A stretch of DNA of 62,877 bases, filler included, from Dimargaris cristalligena (lineage: Eukaryota), in NCBI GenBank assembly GCA_003614675.1. It is 3 parts of 3 records of this genome, joined end to end, with 100 filler letters (N's around TTAATTAATTAA, not from the genome) between each part and the next. Parts side by side here need not be neighbours in the genome. Positions count along the whole stretch, not along the records: positions 21,013 to 41,910 come from ML002683.1; 2 more parts are not named here. One strand, given 5' to 3'. The notes beneath the pieces were generated by a model, which was not told the DNA's origin, did not search any database, and saw nothing but the letters and a program-made list of their open reading frames with translations. Below, piece by piece: positions 22,934 through 35,739 of the stretch (its first letter is position 1; each line of letters opens with the position of its first letter). Made by a program: the position numbers and the translations under genes.

Positions 22934-25900
22934 TTATTCTACAGCCCGTTGACCGACGCCAGGGGGGCTCGCCGAGCCATTGCCAAGATAATTGCCCCCG
23001 CCTAGACTCTTGAATGGAAGTCGCCGTAGTGGGAGCTCAGCGTGCATTTTTTCAAACACACTGGTGGCCAGAGAAAATAGCTGCGATGTGGTTGTGCGTG
23101 CGGTGGATGGGGTAGAACCGTTGGCTGCCGACAGAGTAGCGAGGTCCTTTCTAGGACTACCGCCGGCTCTAGATACCAGGGTGCGAAGAGACGAGGTTGA
23201 CGAGGTAAACGAACTGGACATGGAGTCCAGGGTAGCGTCATCCAGCTCACTATCGTCATGACCTTCACCACTGCAGCCGCCGACAGTTACCATCGACACA
23301 TCATCACGGTAGTCGACAAGAGGAATCCCACTTTCAGTTCCAACCGTCATCATGGCTGCAGTGTCAGAATCCAAGACCAATTCATCGCCGTCGCACAGGA
23401 AGTCCATGTAGTCCTCGCGTTGTTCTAGGAGCAGCACCACGTCGTTAAGGGCTCGAGCGGAAGCAAAATCAATGGGCCGTTTGCTGTTGAAGGTTAGTAG
23501 GCTGTGCGATACACCAGCGTCAAGCAGCACCCGGACCACCTCGACGTGACCCACCCAGGAAGCAAAGTGCAAGGCAGTCATACCATTGCCATCCTGAACA
23601 TCCCCCTTGATACCGTGGTCAAGCAAGAACTGGGTCAACTTGGCCATTCCTAGAATAGCAGCGGCGTGCAGGAGCGTCTGGTTGGTCTTGTCATGTAAAA
23701 GAGTAAGGGAGTTCTCATCTAAAGTAAAGGAGGTCTGAAGCGAAGAAAGGATGGCCAGAACCGCCACTTCGAGGGCTTCCACGTCTTGTTTACGGAAGGC
23801 CGCGCTCAAGTCCTGTAGTAGGCCCATGTGCTGGGGGGAGGTACGGAAATAGCTGAGTGATAGGTCGATGGGACTAGGGGGGGGTAGGGTGGCCGCATTA
23901 TGGAGATCGGTGGTCAGGTCGACCGTATCTACGGACAGGGACCCGAGCGGGGAGGTTGACTGGGGGAAACTGGCCGACATCCCGTTGTAGCCATGCATGT
24001 TGCCCGCCGAGGGTGCGCTCGTTCTGCGGTTGGCTCCGTTGTGGGGGCCACCCTCCGTGGATACAATACGCATGGCAATTTGGCGGGGATCCTCGATCCG
24101 TCCAGTCATTTTGATCCCCACGACCTGCAGAGCTAGTTCCATCAGTTGACGCTCCGTGTCATCCACGTAGGTGAAGATGGGAACCGTATCCTTGTTGTCA
24201 ACCAACGAAGGGAACTCGCCCACGGTGGGTGACTCCCCAAACGAGACCATCACGGGACCGGCTACTGACGACGGGGGTAGGACACACACCATGGTGTTAG
24301 AAGACCAAAAGTGGGTGACTTTAGCAGGAGTATCCCCGAATAAAATCACCAGATTTTCGTGGAACCCAGTGCCGAGTAAGGTGACTTCGGTGCCACCGCT
24401 CACGGGACCCTCCATAGGCACCAGCCGGTCTATACGTGGGGGTCGGGAATCATTCGTGGGGGAAAACTGGGCACTGAATACACTGCTTTGCGGACTAGCA
24501 CTCTGGCTGTTGGTCAACACCTGGGTGATGGCCATGGGGTTGTGACTCTCGTTCAGAAGGGTGAAGTCGGGGATATTCACCGAATTGGCTCCCAGAAAAG
24601 CGTCCTGGCCCGAGCTTACAAAGGGGGAGTAAGAGGTCAGAGGCATACCGGGGTAGGAAGGGCCAACCAACCGATCCGGGGGAGGCATTAGGGCAACTTG
24701 GCTATAAGGGGGAGAGTTGGCCGGAAACCCAGTGGGTGGGGAAATGGATAGAAAATTAGGGGGAAACAGGGGCGTGGAGGGGGGTGAGAGCTGGGCGGCC
24801 AGGAGAGGCGACGGGATCGGGGTGTTACTACACAGCGGGGTGTTCGCAATCGAAGGATACCCGCTCAGGGCAGCCAGAGTATTGCTATCGATGGTCGACA
24901 TCCCCCCGGCGGGTTTGAGGGTGGCGGGTGAATTCAGTACTGAACGACGGGCCTTGGACACGTCATGGCCCAAGTTGATCTCGGCGGGGTTCTTGTGCGA
25001 TAACCGTCCTTCCGGATCATACTCGGCCTTGGGTCGTTTGCGGTCACTCTTGAACTTGGTGGACTTATGGTCATCGGTGATCATAATGGGTGGCGAGATA
25101 CCAGTTGCAATTACATTACCCATATGGTCCTTCATAGTCAGGTAGATGCAGAAGCCCACCTTCTCGGCGTGATGCCGACAGTAGCAAGTGATACGGGCGG
25201 GCAGATGCACCTCACCCTTATGGAATTCCACCAGATGGACGCAATTGAAAATCAGGGTCCGGTGGCGCTCCATGGCAATCCGCTCTTCGTCCCAGTCGGT
25301 TTCCATAGAAGTGTTAGAGTGGTCTCCGGTCGGTGAACCCGGACGACTCTGTGCCGGGGTAGTGCTATTGCTGGCAAAGTGCCGACTGCGATTCTCCTTG
25401 CGGCGCTGGGCCCGTTTATACTCACGCCGGATACAACCGAGGCACACCTCAACCTTCTTAGCAGGATTACTGGCGCAAATGACAGTGGCCTCCAGAGATA
25501 GGGTTTGGTGGATCGGTGGGGTCGGGGGCTGCTCGATAACCTGGCCTTGACGGTTGCGGCCCCGGTCCTTGATTACCGATAGTTCGGGAAGTCGCAAATG
25601 GGGCCAGTGCGTGACGGTATCGCCCTTGCTGTCGACCAATTGTAGGCCCAGCCGAATCTGAGTTTCCACTCGGGACTTAGCCCCATGCTGGGCAACTCCC
25701 AAAACCACAATTTGCATGCTCCGGTTGACAATTTCTTGGACCAACGACGCGGGTATCTGTTGCATAAGTCCGAGAACGCTGGTCTCGCTCATGGTTTCAG
25801 GCTCACCCCGGGCCTTGCGTAGGCACTCCAGGATAACGGCCGGGCTTGCCACGGTATCGCCATAGGATGGGGCCATGGAATCGGAATGAGTTTCGGGTTT

Positions 25901-26398
25901 CTTTCCCCGCTGCTTGGATTCGAGGTTGGAGCTGAGCAAAGTCCCTGCAGTAGCGGAATGACCAGCGGCTTTAGCTGCCGCCAGGGCCTTCAGGGCGCCA
26001 GGTGACCGAAGAAACTGGGAGGTCGACGAATAACTGCTGGGACCACTGAAGCCAGGCGACGAAGCCCGGGTCGGGGAGATGAGCGGTGAGGCCTGGGCGG
26101 ATGGAAACATGGGGGTACAGGGGGAAAATTGGGGGGTCATCATCAGATGGGGAAGGCTGAGAGGAGTGTCCAAGTTAAGCTCATCGAGGGCCGGATCAAG
26201 GAGGGGACTCAAGTCGCCCTGGCCGGTAGACATTGATCCAATAGGCCCCCGGGGAATGGTTGAGGTGGTGTTCGACGCACGAGAAGACGCGGCTGCCATC
26301 ATGGGGGAGAGGAAGGTGCCAAAGTTGAAAGAGTGAATCTCCTCGGAAGAGGTGGTGGAATGCCCCACGGGCTTATCAGATGAATTTTGGGATAGCAT
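22934..26398 (-). CDS. SPT23: Spt23/Mga2-family transcription factor (DNA-binding-like domain, IPT/TIG, ankyrin repeats), 1154 aa
   Basis: KSRVETQIRL, VCLGCIRREYKRAQRRK, RITCYCRHHAEKVGF, PIMITDDHK; IPT domain PRIDRLVPMEGPVSGGTEVTLLG; LMELALQVVGIKMTG; ankyrins TLLHAAAILG and GMTALHFASWVGH. Confidence 0.95.
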   Translation of the reverse strand: MLSQNSSDKPVGHSTTSSEEIHSFNFGTFLSPMMAAASSRASNTTSTIPRGPIGSMSTGQGDLSPLLDPALDELNLDTPLSLPHLMMTPQFSPCTPMFPSAQASPLISPTRASSPGFSGPSSYSSTSQFLRSPGALKALAAAKAAGHSATAGTLLSSNLESKQRGKKPETHSDSMAPSYGDTVASPAVILECLRKARGEPETMSETSVLGLMQQIPASLVQEIVNRSMQIVVLGVAQHGAKSRVETQIRLGLQLVDSKGDTVTHWPHLRLPELSVIKDRGRNRQGQVIEQPPTPPIHQTLSLEATVICASNPAKKVEVCLGCIRREYKRAQRRKENRSRHFASNSTTPAQSRPGSPTGDHSNTSMETDWDEERIAMERHRTLIFNCVHLVEFHKGEVHLPARITCYCRHHAEKVGFCIYLTMKDHMGNVIATGISPPIMITDDHKSTKFKSDRKRPKAEYDPEGRLSHKNPAEINLGHDVSKARRSVLNSPATLKPAGGMSTIDSNTLAALSGYPSIANTPLCSNTPIPSPLLAAQLSPPSTPLFPPNFLSISPPTGFPANSPPYSQVALMPPPDRLVGPSYPGMPLTSYSPFVSSGQDAFLGANSVNIPDFTLLNESHNPMAITQVLTNSQSASPQSSVFSAQFSPTNDSRPPRIDRLVPMEGPVSGGTEVTLLGTGFHENLVILFGDTPAKVTHFWSSNTMVCVLPPSSVAGPVMVSFGESPTVGEFPSLVDNKDTVPIFTYVDDTERQLMELALQVVGIKMTGRIEDPRQIAMRIVSTEGGPHNGANRRTSAPSAGNMHGYNGMSASFPQSTSPLGSLSVDTVDLTTDLHNAATLPPPSPIDLSLSYFRTSPQHMGLLQDLSAAFRKQDVEALEVAVLAILSSLQTSFTLDENSLTLLHDKTNQTLLHAAAILGMAKLTQFLLDHGIKGDVQDGNGMTALHFASWVGHVEVVRVLLDAGVSHSLLTFNSKRPIDFASARALNDVVLLLEQREDYMDFLCDGDELVLDSDTAAMMTVGTESGIPLVDYRDDVSMVTVGGCSGEGHDDSELDDATLDSMSSSFTSSTSSLRTLVSRAGGSPRKDLATLSAANGSTPSTARTTTSQLFSLATSVFEKMHAELPLRRLPFKSLGGGNYLGNGSASPPGVGQRAVE

Positions 26399-28469
26399 GG
26401 TGCCGTTAGTATATAATATCAGCGCGACGTGTTAGAACAAGAGCAAAATGGTATTGACCCGGTGCCGGTAAGCCTCCGGGTTAGGTCACTTAAGCCAATG
26501 GCGGATTTTGGTAAAAGATGAGAAAGGCAGAAGTCGTCAAGCGACTTAATAGAAAATTAAAAGGGATGGACAATAAATGAAAATAGAAAACGAACGAGGT
26601 ACTACTGGGCTCGGTCGGTAGTGTTTCAACCTTAAATAGAGGGGGGTCGATGAAGCAGATATAGGGCCAGATGCCAAAAAAGCGAGTTGAAGGGGGTCAC
26701 TGGACCGCCTGATAAGCAAGGGAAAACGATTATTCCGCGACACGCGGTATAGACCAGAGGTGGAAAGGTCCAAGTACTGGAGGAGGTGTCACAGAGTGAG
26801 CCGTTCGTTGCACAGTTACTATGAACGGTGGTATCACGAATCAACGCTACGCTGGTTGGTTATAGTGGAAAAGCAAAGCTTAGCGTGTGCACCAATATCT
26901 AACGAACGACGTGTTTGTACAGTCAAAACTGAAATGAAGAAAAAAATCAAGGTAAAGGAGTTTGGCAAAAGGAACGCAGATTCACCGTAGATGGGATACT
27001 GATAATGAGCCGATAGTATTGAATAAGGTAAAAGCACGAGTTAAAGGGTACAGAAAATTATGCACGAGGCTTGGGATAGAAGAATGGAGCTAGTGAATGA
27101 GCCGAGTGAGTAGCCAAGGGGTGTTGTTTAAGAACGGGCGGTTTGACACATGTGCAGGGATGAAACAAACGGGGGATCTGTCTGCTGAAGATATGAGGTA
27201 ACGCAGCAATAGGCGGTCGGGCTATTCTCGTCCGGGAAGGATTCGAAACACCGATAGTGCATAGAGTATATTGGCAAAGGTATATATATAAATGAATAAG
27301 TCAGAAAAGGATGATGATCATGAGGCAATTTCGATGGCAGGGTCCCCAGGGATCAAGAGACGATGACCATATATATAGAGCCCATTTCGACCAGGTTACG
27401 TATACTACCGACATATATGGCCGCTGCATATAAAAGGCAGTTGCCATTAGCAACTAAAATCCAGGTAGTGATGGGTGCCCAGTTCCTTGTAAGCAATAGC
27501 ACCCCCTTAGACACTACCCTGGATCTAGCGACCATGCAGAGCACCACATGATGTCATACTACACGCTAAAATTCCGGGGGTGGGGCCTATCCACGTATAA
27601 AAAATAAGGGGGGGGGTAGCATGCGGGTATAAAACCCAGGAGAGGGTTGAAGGGAGGAAGGGATACAGATATGCCTTATTCTGCTGAACCTCTTCCTCTT
27701 AGGCCTTGATGCCGCCCTGGGCATAGACACGGTTAACTTGCTCAGACACACTTCTTCCCGCGAACCAAACCCAGCGGACTGGACGAAGGGGTAGGAGCAG
27801 TGGAGGGTCGAGACGAGTGTCCCAAGGAGCTGTTCGCGGTTACACAGGAAGCAGAGACACCCAGCCTGGTTGGCCTAGAAATATATATGAAACACGAGGA
27901 CCTGGGGACGAGGTAGGGTAGCTTACCTATAGTTCAATTATCGGGAAAAGAAAGGCGGGTAGAAGGGTCAAACAAAACGAGATGGACCAAGAATGAGGTG
28001 GGGGTCGAGTCGAGTCGAGTTTGGATTGGATTGGATTGGCGACTGGGCTGATGTGAAGTATTCAGGGGAGAAGCATGTGGAATACGAGGAAAACTGGCAA
28101 ATAGGCCCGAAAGTAAAAGGCCACGCACGGGGTAGGAAAGTAGAGGGGGCGCAACGACAGATAGTGCGAAAAAATGGACAGAAAAGACAACAGCAGCAGG
28201 GTACCGAGACTAAATACCGATAGACAATAGATAAGTGAATGGATGAAGTGTGTGGTTTTTCAAACAGCGGTATATAATGGGAAACAATGAGAAATCAAGG
28301 ACGCAAAATACGGGAGGATATGTAGGAGAAGTGATGAATAAAGTATAGGTATTATTATACTAAATGTAGGAGGAATGTGACAACATACGAGAGGGAAAAT
28401 GGCCTATTTTGTGAGCAATATCAGAACCGTAGAATTTGGGTCGATTCCAAAGAGAGAGGGGGGGGTGAG

Positions 28470-28477
<8 letters not shown>

Positions 28478-28503
<26 letters not shown>
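28478..28503. repeat. (TA)n microsatellite
   Basis: Perfect dinucleotide run. Confidence 0.9.
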
Positions 28504-28507
<4 letters not shown>

Positions 28508-30296
28508 CTATATACTAAAAACGAGACTGACTACTGACTGAGACTATACAAGCGATTACGATGACTGCGGTGGCAGAAAAAAAAAAGGCGGGGCCGGATT
28601 TTCAGGTGCAAGGTAATATAAATGGCCAGAAAGAGGGGGTTGGCGGTGGAATTTTTAAAATGGTTAAGAGAGGCCAGAAATAGGAGAAGGGGGGTTCGGA
28701 CCAATACCAAGTGGTTGCTTTAACTACAGCCAACTCGGCAATCGAAAACCGTCCGGGTAAGTCCTTTTTTTATGAGACAACCGGAAAGATACCGGTGGTT
28801 AGTAAAGGGCGCTGGTTGGCTGCACGTTGCCGCTGGAGCTGGCGGGTCCAGTCAGAGACTAGAAAAGGCGGGGGTTGAACTGAAGGGTAGTTAGTAAGTA
28901 GTAGGTGCTGTGTGTGTGTGTGTGTGTGGGAGAGTGATATTGATGATAAAATGCCGTGGTGAGTTAGTAGGGTTGCCAGTCTGGTTTGGTATAATAAATA
29001 GAGAGGTTTAAAAGCGGACGGGCTATGGTCCATACACCACGAAGATATTTTGCCAAAAGAGACTGAAGCACGAACGACCGCCGTTTACTTACCTACGATA
29101 AGTGCAACGACAAGTCAAACGGGGAGCCGAGATAGAGACGTGGTGGCTGGAATGGGTTCGGCAAGGAATGCACAAGCGATTAACCATCGGCCCAGAAGGA
29201 AAGAAAAGAGGAGGAGACAAGATGGACGGGGGATGAGCAGGCGCTAATAAGCGACGGACAAAAGCGCATACAGACAAGTTATGCTGAGACCAACGGAGGC
29301 AGTCAACGTTCAAGGTACACACACCCACAAGAACGCATACAAAGCAAAAGTAATTGAGACGATAGATAGATACACGGAGGGGCCAAGGCTCAGCTCAGGG
29401 TCTTCAAGGGTACTCAGTGGCGGGTTAGGCCAAGTGTAGTGGTCGTGGTAAATAGGTGGGCTGGGACCGGAGTTCCTAGAATAACGATGTAATTATTCGG
29501 TACAGTGGGCCCGGTTTAAGGCCAATGGGTCTAGCTAAAGAGAAACCTCTGAGGGTGAAGCGCGACAGGAGGGTAGGGAGTTGTGCTGCAAGTGAATGTT
29601 AGGGGGGAGGCCAAGACAAGCACACCGACTAAATCTAGGGCAATTGGATAAAAAGGAAAAGAACCAGGCGAGTTGCAAATGCGGCAACTTGTTTTGGACA
29701 ACAGGCACATGGGAAGTGGCGGATACAACGGCTGACTAGTTAGTGAGGTTAGGGAGAGTGCGGGGGGTTTATATATGTATAGATAGATAGTTAGGGATCC
29801 AGCAATTGTATAGACCGTTTACTAGTTCGGACTACCTGCCGAAGTAATGCAGCTGCAGAACGTGACCATCGGGGCAGCGTGCCACCTCCGGCCATATCCA
29901 TGAGAAGAACGGATGTATAGGCTACAGAATGGTGGAGATATCCTGACCAAAAGGCCCGAATAGTAGGGTTCAGGACCCGACGGGCTGTGTTTGGTGGGCA
30001 CAAGGAAGCCGAGCTAGAGTGACTAGGACCTGCCACAGACGAGCCACCCAATCGCCGCTTTAGATTCCTCCAGCTAGTGTAATCCCCTGTGTCGCAGGTT
30101 CTTCTAACCCGTCGACTTTGCTGTGAACCATCTCTATCAGACGAACCAAAGTATCCTGTAATATATATATATTCTTTATTAGGGTAGTCCTAAACTGGGT
30201 ATAACAAAACGAGTGCTTGGAAGGCCGAATCTTCCTTAACAACAACGCATGCTGTTGTTACAACTACCCCCTTTACCCAGGCACCTTCTATATGAC

Positions 30297-30344
30297 TATT
30301 ATTATTATTATTATTATTATTACTACTACTACTACTACTATTAT
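30297..30344. repeat. Compound (TAT)n(TAC)n microsatellite
   Basis: Directly visible; explains the poly-Y and poly-I/T spurious ORFs. Confidence 0.95.
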
Positions 30345-33300
30345 CCTCCGCCTGAAACCCTTCCCGCCATATACGGCCGGGTCGGAACTAATCGGATGTC
30401 CGTCCTTGCCAATCCAGTGGAGGGCCCCACTCACTGTCCACCAACGGCAAGATCCGACCCGCCTGGTGCGTTGATGTGTCTAATTAGTCCTTCCCGCATT
30501 TGGCTCCCCCCCTCCCACACCGTACCAAACACCAGTCACTGCTCATGTCGATTGGCTGCGCAGGCGGTACTGTTGGTAGTGTGGCAAAATACCTCTATTT
30601 ATCCACAAGAACCTAACTCTCCAGGAATGAATGGCCCGGAACCAACCCTTACCTTCTCGTGCCAAACCTTAAAAGAAGGAGAGACTATGCCGTATAGAAT
30701 ATTCCCCGAAGCTCACCCAGGCGGGCTTCGCTTTTACATGGAAGATTCGTCATGATAATTAGGTTAAAGAGAAATCGAAACATGGCCACGGCATCCCCTT
30801 TTTCCTGGCTATGCACCCTAATGAATATACACCAACGTAGCCCATGGAAATAGTGCTGTTGAGATACCGCCCCCTTCCCTTCTCTCCCACCTTATCTAGC
30901 CTGAACCCTAACACCACCACTTCCAGCAGCCCCCTCCTCCCACACGCTAGATTATATTACTCGATCCACTGCTTACTGCCGACTATTGGACCAGCACCAT
31001 AGCCGAACCGACCGATAGTGACTAATCTTCCCCCTATCCCGTGGCTCATACTTTAAGCTAGGCGAATCCCCATCGTCTGGCACTAGTTTAGCATGGGTGC
31101 TCAATTAAAATCTATTCGTAGGCCACCTATTACAGTCACACGATCGATTCCTATACTTTAGCCATAGATAATTATAATACAAAAACGAGAAGAAAAAAAA
31201 GACGCACGTACATTCACCCCCCGGAAGGGGGGGGGCTATCTAATGCCATTTCCCCTGGTTTGGGTACGACCCAGGCTAACTGACAGCTGCATAGTTTAAA
31301 GAGAATACTGTAGAGGTGTGGCCCTGTCCAATGTCGAAACCGCTTATCGGCCCATCGGTCAGCGAAACGGGCCTTTTTTAGACATCCATGACCGACACCA
31401 CCCTGTCAAGCGCCTTATCAAAACACCCGACGGGGACAGAATTCGGTGTGTCTATTTCACCAAATCCCTCTCTCAGTCAAAGCCTGGTTAGACACAGCTT
31501 ATTGTGGAGAATAGGATGGGAAAATCACACCAAGCGCTTCTACAGTCTACACGAAACATTGGACATCACGGGGGTTACTCCATCAGCCGGTGCCAGTGCG
31601 CGGTTGGTGGTACGGTTCCAGTCCGCCCTATTGATGCAGAAATGGTGGATATTGAAAGTGATCCGCCCTATTATGTCTTTAGGAATAGACCCACGCGAAT
31701 AACCATCGGGTTTGTCTGAAAGGCGCCATGATCTGGCGGGAGCGGAGAGAGGTGGGTAGGTCCTGAAAGAGAGGGGGGTCATGGATTGGATGAAGAAAAG
31801 TGGCTATGGAACAGTGCTACCTTGCCTTGTCACGCAAATTGCCGGTGGTCATGTCAGAAAATGAAGATAAGACACGAGAAAATGGGAGGTATTGTCGCGA
31901 TGAGGGGCTCTTTCACGGCTGGCTGGAATACGGTCCAGGAACCGCGAATGGCGAAGCCTTGTCGATACCGACAGCCACACTTGGGTAGAGAAGTATAGAT
32001 AAAAAGGACGAAGATAGGTAGGTTAGTATCGGGGAAATTTAAAGTGTGGCCCTAGATGAGTTACAATCCCTCCATAAGTGCATTTTTTTGGCTGGAATTA
32101 ATACATGTCCAAGAACCGCTCTACACATCGATTTACTCGGCTGAATAAATTCGTCGAGACTATCCCCTCCCCCCCGATGCCAGCCAGCTATTTGGTCGAG
32201 GCACCATCCCCTATTGCTGCTCAAGATCATACGCTATCATATTACTGTGGGTCGCCTGGGAGAAAACTTGTCCAAACAAGGGGAGAAGGAACAATACACC
32301 GGACCCACTGACCAGGGTAGGGAAAATGCGGTGGATTGTAGGAAAAAAGTGGGGGGAGGAGGGGTCGTGCCCAAACGATTGGATTTAATTAAATGTTGCT
32401 TATTCATGCCAATCAGCCGAAGGCAAGTATAATAATGGTCCAAGTTACCCCCTACCATGGGTGCAAATAATGACATCAGACCCAAACCCCCGTTAGGGGA
32501 GCTCCATCGGATCCCCCGCACCCTGAAACCACTAGTTGCTTCGCGCCTAGCGCAAGTGACGTCTCCTCAAACACCAGTTGCCCCGACTTGGCTAGATTAG
32601 GCGAGGGACGCCTCTTATCGTGAGTAGCATGTGTAACATTCCCTGTTCAGTCCTTGTGAAATGCTTGCTGTAGTTTTAAACGGTGGCCAGTCGGGCCTGT
32701 GACATGGAGTGATCACATGGTCATATTTAAATGGTGGCATTGGTACGAAGGTGCGCCAGAAGGGGCCATAGAACATACCGGTCTATTCCATCTCTCTTTA
32801 CTACTGCTTATCGCAGCCCTATCCACGGCTGGGAGATTCACAGGTCCAAATATGAGTGGGATAGAACCGTAGGCGTTTCTAGACACCGAAATATACCTAG
32901 TCGATTTTTACAAGTATAGAGAATAGCCCAAAGCGGTTCGATCCCTCGAGATCACGGTTCCGATGGGCCTAGCCTGATCACTCTCGAATGGGTTTGGTTT
33001 ATTCCCTGTATTCGGCTTACTACCGGGTGTAGTCACATTGGTACGCCATAAACTCTGAAATCTTCTATATTTTTAGGAAGATCGTGGCAGTAGAAGGAAA
33101 TGAGTGACATTAGTAGGTACATGAGAGGTACTGAAGATACATATAAGATTTACCTGGATCGTTGGTGATTTATCATCTATGCTGACTGTTCTTGTCCGCC
33201 CAACCATTTTAAATCGAATTGCCTAAATATACTAACCGGTCTGAATATAGTATTAGCATATCCAGGTCCCTCACTAAAAACAACAAAGGGTGAAATCGAC

Positions 33301-34164
33301 ATGCATTATAGCTGGTAACTCAAAATCCCCTAGGGAGATTGGTGTGCAGGCGAACCCAATCAGGATCACTTTACTGAATATAGTGCTTTGGTATTTTTTA
33401 GAGGTATAAAAGGGGTATTACGACATTAAGTCGTAAATTGATTTCGATTTCTCCCATCTCGGCCAACATATTAATGGTGACTTATGGCCGGGGCCCGTGA
33501 TTGAATTCACCGGTTTTTTATAATAGTGTGGTTACAAGATATCACTCTCGCTGATGGGGCTTTGGTGGCGGGCATAGATGATTACCTTATCATTGGTGCA
33601 TAGTGAGGAGGGGGTTCGATGATCGCGATATTACGCTATTCGTGTAATATTAATGAATGGGCTAAGCCGCATTTCAAGTGGGGGGGTTAATTCTTCACCG
33701 TAAGTTGAATTTACCAAAAGCCTTTTGAGGGATAGCTGTTTAATGATCGTTATTTGGGTACAGTGTACCCCCTTTAAGAAACCCCGCCCTAATGTATCCA
33801 CTTCCTTGTTATAGAAGATGTGAGGGGTTCTAACCCCTTGAAACCCAAATGGATGACGGCCACAAGGTAAAACCCCACATTGAAAAATACGCATCCGCCG
33901 TTATAAAGGGGCACCACCTCCACTTGACTAGTTTCAAATCAGCGCAATCCATCAAAGTCTACACGGAGAGTCTCTGGTCATCAAATCGGGGAACATCCAA
34001 TTCACCCCGCTCTTACCCTTCCACCCAAGTGCAACCCTTTGCTTGTTAAACTGATAACTTTTTTCCTACCACCGCATTTTCTTTTCTCATTTGCTTCTAA
34101 TATTTGTTATTTTTAAACCTCGTCTTGATAGCTTAGCTACCCTACTCGCACCGAACTCTCCCCG

Positions 34165-35739
34165 ATGCTCCAGCACTTGGATATGATATTGGGCGCGCCC
34201 GTTGGAGCTCTATCTAATTTCATTGGGCGGCACCGCGGAAAGAAGCATAGTTATAAGTACAAAGGACCCACCCCTAACGCTATTTGGAACAACGGTCAAA
34301 AAATCCGCGGGGTGAATCTAGGCGGCTGGCTAGTTCTAGAAAAATGTAAGTGTGCTTCTACTAATGTGGACAGACTATTCCAATAACTCTTGGAATTATT
34401 TGGTAACCAAAACCGTCGGAGTGAATATCCGGTAGACTAACGGGAAACTAATAATCACTTACTTCAGCATGAGCGTTGTCACTTTACTACCGCTTCTTTA
34501 TTTTCCAGGGATTACGCCTAGCGTATTTCAACAGTTCGACAACACCGCTATGGCAGACACGGTGAAGGATGAGTACACATTCTGCCAGAACCTTGGATCG
34601 GCGGAAGCCACTCGTCAATTACGGGCACACTGGGACAGCTGGGTGACGGAAGATACCGTCCAAACTCTGCACAGCTACGGAATCAACCTTTTACGCATTC
34701 CCGTTGGCCATTGGGCTATCGAACCCTTTGGAAATGAGCCCTACGTGCCCGGTGCCCTCGAATACCTCTGGAAAGCGACTGCCTGGGCGCAGAAATGTGG
34801 CATGAAAGTATTGGTCGATATCCACACCGCCCCGGGTTCCCAAAATGGGTTTGACAATAGCGGCCGCGCAGGCCCAATCGAATGGACGAAGAGCTCGTCC
34901 CACGTGGCGCATTCCCGACAGGTCGTCCAAAAGTTGAGCCAGCTAGTGTACGATTCTCCTTGGCGCTCCACGGTAGTGGCCATCCAGCCGTTGAACGAGC
35001 CGACCAACTGGGGCATTGATATGCACCGGCTTCAATCGTTTTATAAAGATAGCTACAAGGCCATCCGAGCCAAGTCCAAGGATACAACCATGGTCATTAG
35101 CGACGCCTTCATGGATTGGGGCTACTGGGTCAACAGCATCCCCAAGAAATGGACCAATATCGCCCTCGATGTGCACATTTACCACTGTTTTACGGACGAG
35201 TACCTGACCCTCAGTGCGAACCAGCACCTGTCCAAGGTTGCGGAAAATGAAAGAAGGATCGTCGATATGTCTCAGCATATGCCTGTAGTGGTGGGAGAGT
35301 GGTAAGTCGTTGGTAATTAACTTGGTTGTATACCTAGGCAAGGCCGGTTCGGCTTTTAATATAGTAGGACAATTTACAGATTAATGTATATTAATATAGG
35401 TAATATCCCCCTTGATTTGTGTTTTATATCTTCCGCCGCAGGTCGCTGGATACCACCAAGTGCTACGAAAACTATTTTCGAAGCAATTTCATGCAGGATG
35501 ACGAATGGGATAAGCCCAATGCTAAGCGCTACGACTGTGACTGCGGAAAGGAATCGGACCTTAACCAATACACTAATGCCTACAAGAACTTTCTGACTAC
35601 GATGGGCCACTCCCAAACCAGTGCGTATGAAAAGGGAGCAGGCTGGATCTTCTGGAACTTCCGAACCGAATCCAATCCTCCCTGGAACTACATGCTGGCG
35701 GTGGAGCAGGGCTGGATCCCCCGATTCCCCAGTACCTAG
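34165..35739 (+). CDS. GH5 exo-beta-1,3-glucanase (Exg1-like) paralog A, ~423 aa; exons 34165-34345, 34509-35301, 35442-35739
   Basis: IRGVNLGGWLVLEKWITPS, DEYT, HWDSW, RIPVGHW, PGSQNGFDNSG, NEP acid/base, DVHIYH, VGEWS nucleophile, GWIFWNF; both GT..AG introns restore frame. Confidence 0.95.

Noticed and set aside
30217..30755. ORFs with poly-Tyr or poly-Ile/Thr tracts
   Set aside because: Products of the (TAT)n(TAC)n microsatellite; no coding signature.
32930..32960. GGTTCGATCCC B-box-like motif
   Set aside because: No cloverleaf or acceptor stem can be formed.
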